In this document: piece after piece, positions 37,761-52,369 of the stretch
Numbering within the stretch: the stretch's first letter is position 1
How the letters are laid out: every line of letters begins with the position of its first letter
Assembly (NCBI GenBank): GCA_951406725.2
Contig: OX597828.1
Coordinates: 67,084,001-67,148,000 of the forward strand
Source of the DNA: Octopus vulgaris
Taxonomy: Eukaryota
Length of the DNA stretch: 64,000 bases
Reading direction: 5' to 3'
Translations under genes and position numbers: made by a program
Notes under the pieces: generated by a model
Database searches by the model: none
What the model saw: only the letters and a program-made list of their open reading frames with translations
What the model was told of the DNA's origin: nothing

Positions 37761-38279
37761 CACAGTTCTTGCTTTATGGCAGAGTGTAATGAAGTGAATT
37801 ATGGCAAAGAAAAATTTTTTTGAAATTTATTCTATTAATGTATTTAATTAATTATTTTATTTTATTTTATTTATTTATTTTATTTATTTATTTTATTTAT
37901 TTATTTATTTATCTATTCCAGAGAAAAAAAAAAGGCGATTGAAGAATGGGTGAAAGAAAGCAGAAGAAGGAAAATGTTTCAACAGAATGAAAATATGTTT
38001 CCTTTCTGAAGAATTCAATCAATATGGTGACTATATGTACGTACGTACGTATGTATGTATGTATATATGTATGCATGTATGTACGTACGTACGTACGTAC
38101 GTACGTATGTATGTATGTATGTATGTATGCATGAACGTGTGTGCTTGCGTGCACACGTATATATATATATATATATGGAGAGAGAGAGAGATGTGTACAT
38201 ATGTGTACGTATAAAACTAGTGTGTGTATATACTGACATAAATATATATATACACATACGCTGTACATATATATACACG

Positions 38280-38317
<38 letters not shown>

Positions 38318-38692
38318 TATATATACGCTGTATATATATATATATATACACACACACTGTGCATATATATATATATATTATATATATATATATATACGCT
38401 GTATATATATATATATATACACACACACTGTGCATATATATATATATATATATATATGAGCGTGGTGTATTTATTCTGTATGTGTGCTTTTATTTTGTTT
38501 GTATGCTAGCACCAGGGAGGTGTGGTGACAGTGGTGGTGGTGGTGGTGGTGAAGTGGGGAGGTGGGGTGAAAAATGAACAATTGAAAGAGAAAACAACAA
38601 CAATTGTAACATTAAGATTAAGCTGATTCGATCGTTTATTGTTATATTATTCAGTTGTGTAGTTATATTTGTTATCAGAGTTGCTGTTTCTG

Positions 38693-38724
<32 letters not shown>

Positions 38725-39055
38725 GGTGGTGTGGTGGTGGTGTGTTGTTGTTGTTGTTGTTGTTGTGATTGTTGCCGGCTGTGCTAGGAATATAAAAAGA
38801 GAGAACATTAGGTGTGCAACAATGTGATGTTGAAAACCGAATGACAGCCAGCCAGCCAGCCAGCCAGACAGACAGCCAGGTGGACAGACAGACAGACAGA
38901 CAGATAGGCAAACTGACAGACACACTGACAGACAGACAGCTAGACAGGCAGACAGACAAACAGGTACGATCATTTACTAGACTTAAACAGCTCAGATAAT
39001 CTAATCACACAGTTACAAAAATACCTAACCACCTCCCCGCCACAAACACAATTAG

Positions 39056-39094
<39 letters not shown>

Positions 39095-39102
39095 TACACA
39101 TG

Positions 39103-39168
<66 letters not shown>

Positions 39169-39378
39169 TGTATATACAAGCAGACATTCTTATATATATA
39201 TATATATGTATATATATGTATATATATATGTGTGTGTGTGTGTGTATATGTATATATATATGTATGTATATATATATATGTGTGTGTGTGTGTATAGATA
39301 CATATACATATACATGCATACACAAAAACCGACATTCATACACGCACACAAACACACATATATACTCACGCACATGAC

Positions 39379-39410
<32 letters not shown>

Positions 39411-39807
39411 ATACACGCACATATATTCATATGCATACATATACGTACACACACACAATGCACTCACATACACACGGACATTTAAAAATACTAATCACAA
39501 TCATGATGATAATTAAACGAAAGAAATTGTAAAAATTTATTTCACCTCATTTTTTTCTTTCTCCCACATTTTTGTTTTTGTTTTTGAACATTTCTTTCTC
39601 TCTCTTTCTTTCCTTCTCTATTCATTTTTGTCCTTTTCTCTTTTGTTTCCTTCCTTTTTTATATTTTATTTTATTTTATTTTGTTTTATTTTATTAGTTT
39701 TGTCTTTTTGTGAGAATAAATAAAAATCATGTTTCATTTCAATTTATCAGATAAATCTTTTAGAAATGAATAATGCTTGAATTTTCATCTAAGAGGGTAA
39801 TGAAAAT

Positions 39808-39873
<66 letters not shown>

Positions 39874-40137
39874 CACCACCATCACTGCTACTGTTGCTGT
39901 CGTTAAAGTGATAAATTTTCAAGGGGTTGAAAGCCATAATTTTTTTTATTCAAGTATAATGGTGATGAGAATGAAGATTCTTTTAAAGAATTTTATTCGT
40001 TCCATTATTGTTTTTTTGCTTTTTTTAATTATTTTTGGGATTTTTAAAAGTTTCTTTCTGTTTTTTTGTATGTTTTTCTCTTGTTCTTCAAATAACATAG
40101 AATGTAAAGAAAAAAAGATGCAATTATTATTATTATA

Positions 40138-40232
<95 letters not shown>

Positions 40233-40519
40233 TATTATTATTGTCATTGTTGTTGTTGTCGTTGTAATTATTATTTTTCGAAATGCATTTTTAAAATTGA
40301 TTGTAAAGAGGGAATATATTTCTCATACATATGTACTCATGTACACATACATATACACACAAACACTCACACATACACACAAACATACACCCCCACACAT
40401 ACATACACACATATGCGCACACATATACACACACATATACACACAGACACTAAAGATCTCTGTGTGCATTTGTCTTTCAATATATATATGTGTCTGTATG
40501 TTATACATATGTATATATG

Positions 40520-40576
<57 letters not shown>

Positions 40577-40625
40577 GCATATATATATATATATGCATGT
40601 ATGTAAGTTTGTATGAATATATATC

Positions 40626-40675
<50 letters not shown>

Positions 40676-40984
40676 GATGTACTCATTCTAATCATTGCAA
40701 TCTGTAGCATAAAAATGGCGAATTCTTTGAGTTTTTGTTGAAAATCTTGTTTCACTTTTTCAATTCTAGAAAATGATATTGAGCAGTAATTTATTTATTG
40801 ACATTAAAAATATATGTGTGTCATGGGTGTTTGTACATAAATATAAGTTTTTGTATGTATTCGTGTACAAAAATATGTGTCTGTATATTTTTCGTTTTAT
40901 ATACATATATGCGTGTGAGAGTGTATATATGTACGTGTGTATGTTCATGTAAATATGTGTGTGTGTGCGCGTGTATGTGTGTGT

Positions 40985-41125
<141 letters not shown>

Positions 41126-41279
41126 TATACATACATACATACATACATATACATAGGATCTTCTGGATAAATTTGATGATTTTATTACGTCTAATTTTTT
41201 AACATACCATTTGATGTATTGGTGAACAGTCAACAATGATGGAGAGCATAAATATGAAAGTTGTAGTTGAGAAAAAGTT

Positions 41280-42320
41280 AGATTATACGGAGAAAAGGAA
41301 GCCATTTGAATTTTGGGAAAGAGTTACTTGTATCAAAATGAATTGCGCCGGATGTAAAAATGTGGACGTCATGACTGTTGCTCAATGCTCTCTGAACACT
41401 GTAAAGGCTGTAAGGTGTAACATGGACAGTTGCAACAGAGACTACCGAGCTGTAACTAGTAGTAAGGGACACAGCAGATATTATGACTACGCTTATACGC
41501 CGGTGTCCGTCCCAGCATCCTTGAACAGGGTCTTAAGTTCAATTCAGACGGTTGGAGAGTGTTGTCAATTCCTAAATCTTGGGACTTGCTGCTTGTTTAT
41601 TTGTTTGTTTGTTTGTTGAGGGAAGCGGTCTTCGTTCCACTAGTGGGAGAAGTCCCAAATGTGGTCCTTTGCTATTCGTAAGACCCGCAGAAGAGAAAGC
41701 AGGTCAACCCCCGACACCGAGAGCATCGACGGATGGATGAATGTGCATCCAGGCTCAGCGGTTGCGTAGGAAGTCGGGGACAAGAAACAGGAAGAAAGAG
41801 TGAGAGAAAGTTGGAGCGAAAGAGTACAACGGGGGTCGCCACCACCCCCTGCTGGAGCCTCGTGGAGCTTTAGGTGTTTTCGCTCAACAAATACACACAA
41901 CGCCCGGTCTGGGAATCGAAACCGCGATCCTCCGATCGCGAGTCCGCTGCCCTAACCACTGGGCCATTGCACCTCCACTGGGAGTTGCTGCTGGAAGGCC
42001 ATATGTGTGGCAGCAGGATTCGGTTCCGTACCATACCTACGGAAAGAGTTAGAAGTAGCTGTCGGATAATTCCTGTGGTTTCACTGTCCTCAATTTATAG
42101 ATTCCTAATTCCCTTGACTGTAATTCCATGTATTACTAGATGTGGGGCGTGGTTCAGAAAAATATCAACAGCTCTCCTTGTACTACTAAGGCCGTGCCAT
42201 TGGCCAAGTTCAAAAAGGTGTTCGAAGATCTTCCTAAGAACGCAGTGAGGAAGGCATGCGCCAGTTTCAGAAGCCGTCCTGAGGCCATGAAGGAAGCCGA
42301 GGGCGGCTACTTTGAGTTAA
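41280..42320 (+). pseudogene. Degraded Tc1/mariner (maT/DD37D-like) transposase, interrupted by SINE C
   Basis: Putative N-terminus EFWERV...AQCSLNTVKAVR...KGHSR; C-terminus PNSLDCNSMYY*MWGVVQKN...VRKACASFRSRPEAMKEAEGGYFE. Confidence 0.7.
41594..41978 (-). mobile_element. SINE family C, full length with TSD
   Basis: Near-identical to 11356-11727; 14-bp TSD tggga(c/g)ttgctgct. Confidence 0.9.
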
Positions 42321-42351
42321 TTGCTATCTTCCAGTATTCATTTAGTTGATA

Positions 42352-42907
42352 CTAGCAGCATAGCCCGGCGTTGCCCGGGTATGTAAGAGCCCCTAGTAGG
42401 CAACGACTAATCCCAATCTAGTCCTTTCCCTCTAGGGAACGAAGGCGCATGTGTAAGTTGCAATGTCTTCTGTGTATACGATGTTCCTAGCTGTTACTTT
42501 GGGCGAAAACGCGATTTCCCAAAATGGCATGATTTTATTGATTTTTTCTGATGGTAAGGTATTGCATGGAAAACTAACGTCAGAATTAAGTTTCTTAGGG
42601 TAACATTAAGCTTCACCATGAGTTTAGTTAAAATCGATTGCAAGTTGCGAAAACTACAACAGAAAATGTGTTGCATATAAAAAGCTGAGATTCTCGACCC
42701 CATGTCGAATTTATCAATATTTTTCAGAACTGGGGGAGCTTTTCAAAATTTTCGCTGCGTTAGTTTTGAATTATGACATTGGGCTATGTGTGTGTCAAGT
42801 TTCATCAGAATCGGTTGAAAGCCGTGGTCAGGGTGAGGGTACAACCTGACAGACACACAGACACACAGACACACAGACAGACAAACTGCCGTTTATATAT
42901 ATAGAGA
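42352..42907 (-). mobile_element. Complete non-autonomous Helitron (~556 bp)
   Basis: Minus strand A|TCTCTATATATATAAA 5' end, sub-terminal (ctgt/gtgt) repeats, 3' hairpin acccgg-gcaacg-ccgggc and CTAG|T end. Confidence 0.88.
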
Positions 42908-43009
42908 TTTTGTGAGTTTTAAAAATATTTAAATTTATGGAGGGATATTGTGTTTTTCCTATTATGCAAACTATCAAATATAGCCTGAACTGCTATGCAT
43001 GTACGTATA

Positions 43010-43325
43010 GAAGACCTCCTTCGGTTACGAATGCCCATAGGATTGCACCTAGGAAGTTCTCCAAGACACAAGTCTGCGCAAGATTGTTTGTGAAAGACCA
43101 GCAATCGCCTATGCATACCAGCCTCCCCTCTTCCCCCCACTGATGTTGTCCAAGGGAAAGGCAAGGGTCGATATAGCTTGGCACCAAGTCGCAACTCATT
43201 CATATAGCTGAGGTGTGTGAACTGTAGTAACATCAAATAAAATGATTTGCTCAGGAAAATAACACACTGCCCGATCCAGAAACCGAACTCACAACCTCAC
43301 GATTGTAAGCCCGATGTTCTAACCA
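43010..43325 (-). mobile_element. tRNA-derived SINE with CORE/Meta-like body
   Basis: Minus strand gtggttagaacatcgggc...gagttcggtttctgg head, ctgagcaaatca... body, tail ...cgtaaccgaaggaggtc. Confidence 0.6.
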
Positions 43326-43415
43326 CACACACATACACGCAGACATACATACATACATACATACATACATACATACATACATACATACACACGTGTATGT
43401 ATGTATGTATGTATG

Positions 43416-43459
<44 letters not shown>

Positions 43460-43461
43460 GC

Positions 43462-43493
<32 letters not shown>

Positions 43494-43528
43494 GTATATC
43501 TGTATATATATATATATATATATGTATA

Positions 43529-43560
<32 letters not shown>

Positions 43561-43944
43561 CATATATATAATGTAGATTGAGTTAAAATCCAAGATGCAA
43601 GCTCTTGAAGAACGCCTGCTTATTTCAATATTTCGAAACCGTATGTAGATGTTACATTTGTGTTGGGTGTGCATAAGAATTGAAAATACTGGAAAATACT
43701 TTTTCGCAGAGTAATGATTTCAAAATGATTTCACGTACATAACATATATATGTGTGTGCGTGTGTGTGTATACACACACATATATTCATATGCATACATA
43801 TACGCACCCACACACAATGCACTCACATACACACGGACATTTAAAAATACTAATCACAATCATTTCGTCACCATTGCATGCGTCTCATTTGTTAACAGGG
43901 GTTACAAAAGTGTACATCTGGTAGAAAAAGGGCAAGACATATTC

Positions 43945-44900
43945 TTTTCTACTCTAGGCACAAGGCCCGATAATTTTGGAGAGGGGGGGGGGGAAGTTCG
44001 ATTAGATTTACCCCAGTACGCAACTGGTACTTAATTTATCGACCTCAAAAGGATGAAAGGCAAAGTCGACCTCTGTGGAACTTGAACTCAGAATGTAAAG
44101 ACAGACGAAATAACTATTTCTTTACTACCCACAAGGGGCTAAACACAGAGAGGACAAACAAGGACAGACAAACGGATTAAGTCGATTACATTGACCCCGG
44201 TGCGTAACTGGTACTTAATTTATCGACCCCGAAAGGATGAAAGGCAAAGTCGACCTCTGTGAAACTTGAACTCAGAATGTAAAGACAGACGAAATACCTA
44301 TTTCTTTACTACACACAAGGGGCTAAACACAGAGAGGACAAACAAGGACAGACAAATGGATTAAGTCGATTACATTGACCCCGGTGCGTAACTGGTACTT
44401 AATTTATCGACCCCGAAAGGATGAAAGGCAAAGTCGACCTCTGTGGAATTTGAACTCAGAATGTAAAGACAGACGAAATACCTATTTCTTTACTACACAC
44501 AAGGGGCTAAACACAGAGAGGACAAACAAGGACAGACAAATGGATTAAGTCGATTACATTGACCCCGGTGCGTAACTGGTACTTAATTTATCGACCCCGA
44601 AAGGATGAAAGGCAAAGTCGACCTCTGTGGAATTTGAACTCAGAATGTAAAGACAGACGAAATACCTATTTCTTTACTACACACAAGGGGCTAAACACAG
44701 AGAGGACAAACAAGGACAGACAAATGGATTAAGTCGATTACATTGACCCCGGTGCGTAACTGGTACTTAATTTATCGACCCCGAAAGGATGAAAGGCAAA
44801 GTCGACCTCTGTGGAATTTGAACTCAGAATGAAAAGACAGACGAAATACCACTAAGCATTTCGCCCGGTGTGCTAACGTTTCTGCCAGCTCGCCGCCTTA
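43945..44900 (-). mobile_element. SINE B tandem pentamer (184-bp period)
   Basis: gtactt anchor at 44027, 44211, 44395, 44579 and 44763; a single tRNA head at 44840-44900. Confidence 0.92.
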
Positions 44901-45099
44901 ACATGTAAGATATATTGTATCAAACAATACATTGTATCGTTTGGTTCTCTGTTTGAAGAATTTCTTATAGAAAATATCTTACATATTCCCTACTACATGT
45001 ACAGTTTTGTAAGTCCTATTAATATATGAAACATGTGTAATGGTGTATAAATGATATAAAAAATTTCCAATCTCCTGTTTATATATATATATATATATA

Positions 45100-45286
45100 T
45101 AAGTTCAGCAAAATTTAGATTCAGATGAATATGGTACTTAAGTTAAAGGCACCAGAATTTGGTATGCTATTATCCATATAAATCAAATGGGGTGATTATA
45201 ATCAAAATAAGCAACAACGATATCCAAGTAGCATGAAGAGATTGTACTACACTACCTTGGATATCCTTGTTGCTTATTTTGATTTT
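45100..45286. mobile_element. Inverted fragments of the 22484 hammerhead element family
   Basis: 45100-45230 is the reverse complement of ~22575-22705; 45233-45286 is a forward copy of ~22553-22605. Confidence 0.7.
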
Positions 45287-47149
45287 ATATATATATATAT
45301 ATATATATACGTACATACGTACGTACGTACATGTATATATATATGTGTGTGTGTATATACACACATACATATATACGTACATACATACATACATAGATAT
45401 GTGTATGTGAGTATTTATGTTAATGTGTTGAAGTCTAAATAATTGTGGTTAAGTATAAATACATCCTGTGTATACTTTCTTTCTTTAGTGTGTGTGTATG
45501 TGTGTGTGAGTGTGTGTGAGTGTGTGTGAGTGTGTGTGTGTGTGTGTGCGTGTGTGTGCGTGCGTGTGTGTGTGTGTGTGTGTGTGCGTGTGTGTTAAGT
45601 GTATTCTATGTTAAGAGGAGGAGGAAGAGAAGGTGACTGTCTTGGTTCTGGTGCAGGAGAGAAATGGTGAAGAAAAGAACATCTGATGAAAAGAGATGAC
45701 AGAAATAAAAAAATAAAAAGAACAAAACAAGATGATATGAAAGAAAAAAATCGCATCTTTCATTTACGAAAAAAAAAAAAAAGAATAAAAAATTAATTCC
45801 TGTAAAAATCTAATTTTAAAAATAAATTCTGCAGAAAAACCATCGACATGGTACTTCGGAACAAGATGGGAAAATATTCTTGGAAACCAGTTGTGGGTGT
45901 GCTATGTGTTGCTTGTTGTTTCTTCAGCTTCTTTTTTTTTTTACCAGGCAATTCTTTGTTTAAAATAAGAATTATTGATAAGAACTGATATCTTCGGGCT
46001 TTTTTTTAAAAAAAAAAAAATTCTTTTGTGTTTATCTTTTGTTTGTTTCAAAATGAATTCTTAATATTTAATGGATAATTTGTGAATCTGTTGTTATTCT
46101 TCTTGTAGTTGTTACTTTCGATGCTGCTTTCTTTCCATCATGAAACAAAAAAAATGATTGACTCTTCATGGTTTCCATTACTCTCTCTCTCTCTATCCTT
46201 ATTTTCTGACTCTGTCTGTTTGTCTCTCTCTCTCTCTCTGTCTCTCTCTCTGTCTCTCTCTTTCTCTCTCATCCTCTCCTTATTTTCTTTGCCTTTCGTT
46301 GTTTATTTATTTACCCTTTTCTTTTCCTCTTCTCACTTTCTATCTCTCACTCATTCTCTTTCTCTCTCCGTCTCCTCCTTCATAATTTCTCTCCCCTTTT
46401 TCCTACTATATTTTCCTTTCTATTCCTCTACTCTGCTTCTGTCTCTGTCTCTGCCTCTGCCTCTGTCTGTCTCCCTCTCTCTCTCTCTCCATGATTATAA
46501 ATGAACCCTATCCTTGAGAAGACACTCGCAGAAAACTGAAATAAAATAAACATTTTATCATTTACAATCAATCACGAATAATTAAAAACATTTATTAGCA
46601 ATCGTAATGCCTTTAGTTTTCGATGTCGCCGTTGTTGTTGTTGTTGTTGTTGCCGTCGTCCTTGTCATTCTTGTATTTATTTCCAATAACATCAATAAGA
46701 TTTGCTGCATTAGTAACACAATACACATATTTTTATATACAAATAACAAATAATTATGTTATGGAGAGAAGGGAAGATAAAAGGAGAGGAGACAATGGCA
46801 CATTAGAATATGGCTGTCTTGGATATACAAAAAATGAGTCGTTAAGGATTTGATTAAAGGCCAGGTCAGTCAGTGCTTACCATGGTTACAATACATCGAT
46901 ATCATCAGTGAACGATAGAATCCACCAGAGGATCGCATCAAATATGCTGTGACATTTAGTTATATACCCAGTTGCCTTCTTTTCTATATTTCTAGGAGCA
47001 AATTCTGTTCCTGATCATAGTCGACTACTGTCCCAGACCCACATTTTCGTTTATTATTTAAGACACCGCACAGTATCCAATATCTTGCTGTTGTTGTTGA
47101 TTGAAGATATTGTGTCTACGGGCGGTTTATGCTATCAGTCAAGTCACAA

Positions 47150-47760
47150 GGACCTCAGGCAAACGATGCTCCACATCTTAAATATTTCAATTTCGAGCTT
47201 TCTTCTTTCTGGCCAATATTTTAGTCAGAATGGACTGCTCTGTCTATCAGTAAGTTTTTTTTTTCCAATCCTGGATTATTGTCTGGGTGATTAGCTTTTA
47301 TTATTTTTTTTTGTCAGTTTGAATAGAAATATCCCTGATGATTGTGACCTGGTCGTTGTCATGTACCCTGTTTGGTACATGTTTATATCATCTCTTGTCA
47401 GTTTTTATGTTGTAGTGTTGGCATATTGTCCAGTGGATCTAATTACTCGGTCATATCTATTTATATATTCAAATTTGAAAGTATTGGATAGCCAGAGATG
47501 ATGTGGTCAACTGTCTCGTTGTGCTTGTTGCACATACTGAATTTGATATTAGAACCTGCTTTCATTATTTTGCTTTTATGGTCAGGTATTGTGGTCAGGC
47601 ATTGGTCATGTGCAGTCCTTCCGGTTCAGCTTTAAGTCCAGAGCTTTTGAGCCATTGTTGACTTTTACTTAGGCTCGCTTCTTTCTATCGGGCCTAGCAG
47701 GGCATTTGGCCGTGGAGTAATTTTTCTCTACATTTCTTCTTTAGTGTGTTTTGTAGTTTT
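47150..47760 (-). mobile_element. R4/Dong (Rex6-like) RLE LINE fragment
   Basis: Minus peptides SQQWLKSSGLKAE.EG, MCNKHNETVDHIISGYPIL, YINRYDRV, IHWTICQHY, IIRDISIQTDK and IKANHPD (degenerate CCHC plus RLE region). Confidence 0.8.
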
Positions 47761-47829
47761 GCTTTCATGCTGATTTGTTTTGCTTTTTTGACGTCCGCCG
47801 TCTACTCTCGCTTGACCGCCTTTCCTTGT

Positions 47830-48965
47830 CCTGGCCAATGTCTGGTTGCACTCCAGCGTAATCAGACATAAATACCTCACTCTGATCCTTCTTTCTCGTA
47901 TGGATTATGTGGGGCTAGCTGTTAGAAGAGGGTATGCAAAAGCCCCGGAAACCTGCTTAGTCGTTTTCAATTGTCTGACAGGTATCGACAGGTTTTCCCG
48001 AATGTGCCACATCGGACCACCTTGGTCGTATCTAGATAGAGTATTCTGTAGGCCAAATTGTCTACTTTTTAAAACCATCAGATACACAGTCTTGAAATTT
48101 ATGATCTACTCGTCGACCTAGAGAGACGTCGTAGGCAGGAAACCCAATTACTGAAAGATGAAAATAAAATAGATAAAAACTTAGAAACTTAAAAGAGACG
48201 CTTAGGAAAGGCATCACAACCGATGTACTGGGGGCGAGATTGGCCCTATATTAATTCTTCAGTGCTAAGCACGAAAATGCATTGTCAAAGCTAAGGCCTG
48301 TGCTCTAGGAAACGAGGGAATGAAATCTGATCGATAAGCCCAACTGACAGAGGCGCAGCGTGGCAGCAAAGCCACCGTTCGGTTTTTGGTGGACCAAAAT
48401 AAGTGCATGGCACTCGAGTCAGAGCATATATATGCGACATTTCGCCCAACTATTTGGGACAAATGGCAGTCCGGAACGCAGGCCACAACTCTCGGCAAGG
48501 GTGGCGAAGCGTTGCAAAATGCCGATAACGGCCGCGGATATACGGGATGCGATGATGGATTGCAGTGGGGTGGCAAATCGCCTGGTTTGGATGGTCTGCC
48601 GTACGAGCTTTACGTTTATATGCCAGATTTGTTTGGCAGACTTTCAGCGGACATCTGTTGCAAGTGGCAGCAGAACAGGAGAATTCCTAATTCGGTGAGT
48701 CAAGGAACAGTGGCACTGCTGAGAAAGGATCCACACAAGAGGAACGAAATTGAAAATTTTATGCCCATGATGCTGCTGAACGTGGATTTCAAAATTTTGT
48801 CCAAGCTGTTGGCAGAGAGGTTGGCTCTTATCAAGGCATTGATTGGTGATGCGCAAAAAGGAGCCAATCCAAGAAGATCTGTTCACAACCGCTTCCACCT
48901 CATGGGATACATCATAGAAAGGGTTGGTAAAGGGGCTGGCATAAATGAAGCTGAGCATCGTAAGG
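47830..48965 (+). mobile_element. L1/Tx1-like LINE remnant
   Basis: SYLDRVF (APE-like); GKSPGLDGLPYELY...LLRKDPHK...NFMPMMLLNVDFKILSKLLAERL (RT N-terminal part). Confidence 0.8.
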
Positions 48966-49534
48966 GATATTGAACGAACAAAAAGGCTTTGGACGATGAG
49001 TAAGACAGTTGGTATCGTCCCCACCACCAGACTGCCTTTCTGAGCCTCCACGCTAAATACCAAGTGGTGTACAAGACAGCAATGGGAATGGTAGCAGCTC
49101 ACTTGTAAGTTGACACCCAACCATTGTCTGATAGTACAGCTCTTCCGTTTGGCCTCAGTAACTTTCAAGCCGTTAATCTACGTTATCCAACGTTCTGCTG
49201 CCGATGTCTTCACTTGCACAGAAGGTTAAGGAGTTGCCAGCACTTGCTCAGGGTGCTACCTCGGTCTATGTACCAAAAGGAAAAAGCTTGTTCACCCTTT
49301 TACGGCCTGTCACTTATATGGGTACCGAAACGATAACCATAGTATATACATATAAATACACCACACCTGCATACACTATTCCTCCTCATAACTGTTTCTG
49401 GACATAGAAAACACCCCGGTACATACATCCACGCACCCATCACTTAACTGCACCCTATAAAAGAATCCCTCCTTGGTTCCTAACACTTCGCCCTTCCTCC
49501 TGTGTCCTTTCTCCCTCTTCTTTTTTCTTTTAAA

Positions 49535-49604
49535 ATCTGTTGTCAAAAATCAACAGGCTCCTTAGGCCGAAGTTTATCTCGGCCTTTATTCTCTTGTTTA
49601 AGGG

Positions 49605-49656
<52 letters not shown>

Positions 49657-49713
49657 GGAGATAAAGAGATAGAGAGAGAGAAAAAGATAGAGAGAGAGAG
49701 AGAAAGAGAGTGT

Positions 49714-49751
<38 letters not shown>

Positions 49752-49833
49752 AGATAGAGAGATTATACAAGACTGCTGGTCGTCAAAAATCAACAGGCTC
49801 CTTAGAGCGAAGTTTATCTCGGCTTTTCTCTTG

Positions 49834-49881
<48 letters not shown>

Positions 49882-50060
49882 GAAGAGATAGAGAGATTAT
49901 ACAAGACTGCTGGTCGTCAAAAATCAACAGGCTCCTTAGAGCGAAGTTTATCTCGGCTTTTCTCTTGTTTAATAGAGAGAGAGAGAGAGGGAGAGAGAGA
50001 GAGAGAGAGAGAGTGAGAGAGAGAGAGGAAGAGATAGAGAGATTATACATGACTGCTGGT
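49535..50060. repeat. Three-copy tandem repeat with variable internal (GA)n
   Basis: gtcaaaaatcaacaggctccttag..cgaagtttatctcggc recurs at ~49541, 49782 and 49916. Confidence 0.9.
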
Positions 50061-50502
50061 TGATATGTCAATGAGTGCTGGATGGAAAAATGATTTATGC
50101 CGGAATTGGATGCTGTTTGGTTGTGTGGGTAAGACTTGAAAAGAATTGTGAAGGTGATTGAAAAGGTGTTAGAACAAAGAGAAGTAATAATAATTGGCGA
50201 TATGCTGTTGGTCAGAAATATCGAACCGATCGTAGAGATTGAAGGAATGGACATTACAATGATACTGATGGTCATGTGATTGTAATCATGATGTATGTAC
50301 TTAAGCCTGTGACCTCCCTTGAAGACCAGTTGATTTTGTGGGTTGTTGCAAGGCGAGGAGAGGCCAGGACAATCTGTCAAGCGTGTCCCATCGGGGGTCT
50401 CGTAAATAGGCTGCAAGTGTTTATGATAAAGACAAATCGATCGATGCTGCAACCGTACACTCGTTCAACTCCATTCCAACAGAGGAAGAATGGACGCTAA
50501 AC

Positions 50503-50628
50503 CGATGATGATGATAATGATGATGATGATGATGATGAAGAGGAGGAGGAGGAGGAGGAGGACGACGACGACGACGATAATGACGACGACGACGACGACG
50601 ATGATGATGATGATGATGATGCTGATGC

Positions 50629-50693
<65 letters not shown>

Positions 50694-51073
50694 TTGATGA
50701 TGGTGATGATGATGATGATGAGGAGGAGGACAACGACGACGACGACGACAATGATGATGACGATGATGATGATGGCGATGGCGATGAGGATGATGATGAT
50801 GATGATGATGTTGATACGATGATGATGATGATGATGATGATGATACGATGATGATGATGGCGAGGACGGAGACGACGATAATGATGATGAATACGATGAT
50901 GACAACGACGACGGCGATGGTGATGATGATGATGATGATAATGACGAGGACGGAGACGACAATAATGATGATGATGAATACGATGACGCCGACGACGGCG
51001 ATGATGCTTATAACAACGTCGACGACGGAGATGATGAGGACGACGACGATGATGGTGATGATGAGGATGATGA

Positions 51074-51107
<34 letters not shown>

Positions 51108-51120
51108 GGTGGTGGTGGTA
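50503..51120. repeat. Compound (GAT)/(GAC)/(GAG)/(GGT) trinucleotide array
   Basis: Direct reading. A similar array lies at 60840-61080. Confidence 0.95.
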
Positions 51121-51787
51121 CCTGTGGTGTTGGCGAAGATTGTGGTGATGTGTTTCTCTGCACATGGATGTAGGTGTTCTCACCTGCAACTTAGACAAGG
51201 TGAGAGACATTCAGGTGTTAACATCACACTGACAAGAGTGTTAAACAATTCTACTTTGTTTCTTAATTTTTCTTTTGCGAGTTATGGGAAATTTTATTAA
51301 TCTCCAAATATCAAGACGTGTGCGCGTGTTTATGCATATAACGGTATCATGTTGGGTATGTGTTTCTCTCTCCCCACCCTTCTCTCTCTCTCTAAGCACG
51401 TATGTTCATCTTAGCCACCTGCAGAAGTCGATGTTTGAGATGATAAATGGAACTTGCCTAACAGATATCATGTTTAACGTCTTGACTAACGTTCCGCTCA
51501 ACCATCGAGTAATCTTGTACGTAGTCGCCTCATTTACTAGAAATAGCAGTCATCTCCCTCCCTTCAAAATCACAACACAGTCTTAAAACGACGAAAGATA
51601 TATTTGTATAATGTAGACCTACAAACATTACTATGGACATGCGGGTAGTTTGAAAATACCTCACAGAGTGAGAATGCGGTGTGGCAGCTGCTTGCTATCT
51701 CGAAAGAGGAGTTCCAGCAACTCTTCCATCAATAGAAACGACGCTGTATAAAGTGTGGGACTTCACAATGTGTCTGCTACAAACGAG

Positions 51788-51963
<176 letters not shown>

Positions 51964-52369
51964 TGAATGGTATAAGATATGTATTCACAGAATCGTGCAG
52001 CTATCACATTAAGCTCCTTTTAGGGATTCGAATATCAGTCCACATGACATCAGGTCATTAAGGCTCTTTTTGTTTTTCATGTCAAGTCCCCAGCTACTTT
52101 CCTCTCAGTCAATTGGTCTACATTTTTCTTATTTTATTCTTTTAATAAATATATTTTACGAATGCTTCTTGGGGAGAGATTTGTATCAAGTCTTCGTTCA
52201 ACTTCATTAGCTATCTTGATCAAGCTGTTGGTTCCTTGGTCACAGACGAGGGCAAGAGAGTTATTGGTTTCTTTCTTCTGCTGCAGATCTTGTTTCAGTG
52301 TCACAGTACGTGCTTCACGTGACATCAATACAGATTTGAAGCCACGACCACCATCCTTCCATGGGAAAG

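Noticed and set aside
43945-44900. CRISPR-like regular repeat
   Set aside because: Units are near-identical along their full length with no unique spacers; eukaryotic SINE array.
45848-45990. Short hydrophobic ORF MVLRNKMGKYSWKPVVGVLCVACCFF and a nearby minus-strand acceptor at ~45683
   Set aside because: The hydrophobicity comes from T-rich sequence; no homology and no partner exon.
46870-46910. Minus-strand CTGATGA...GTAA-CCATGG-TA
   Set aside because: GAAA is mutated and stems I and II do not pair.
50465-51300. Poly-Met/His/Ser ORFs; also 33625-34395, 37386-37823 and 60752-61180
   Set aside because: Trinucleotide low-complexity sequence, open in several frames on both strands, with no domain or splice support.
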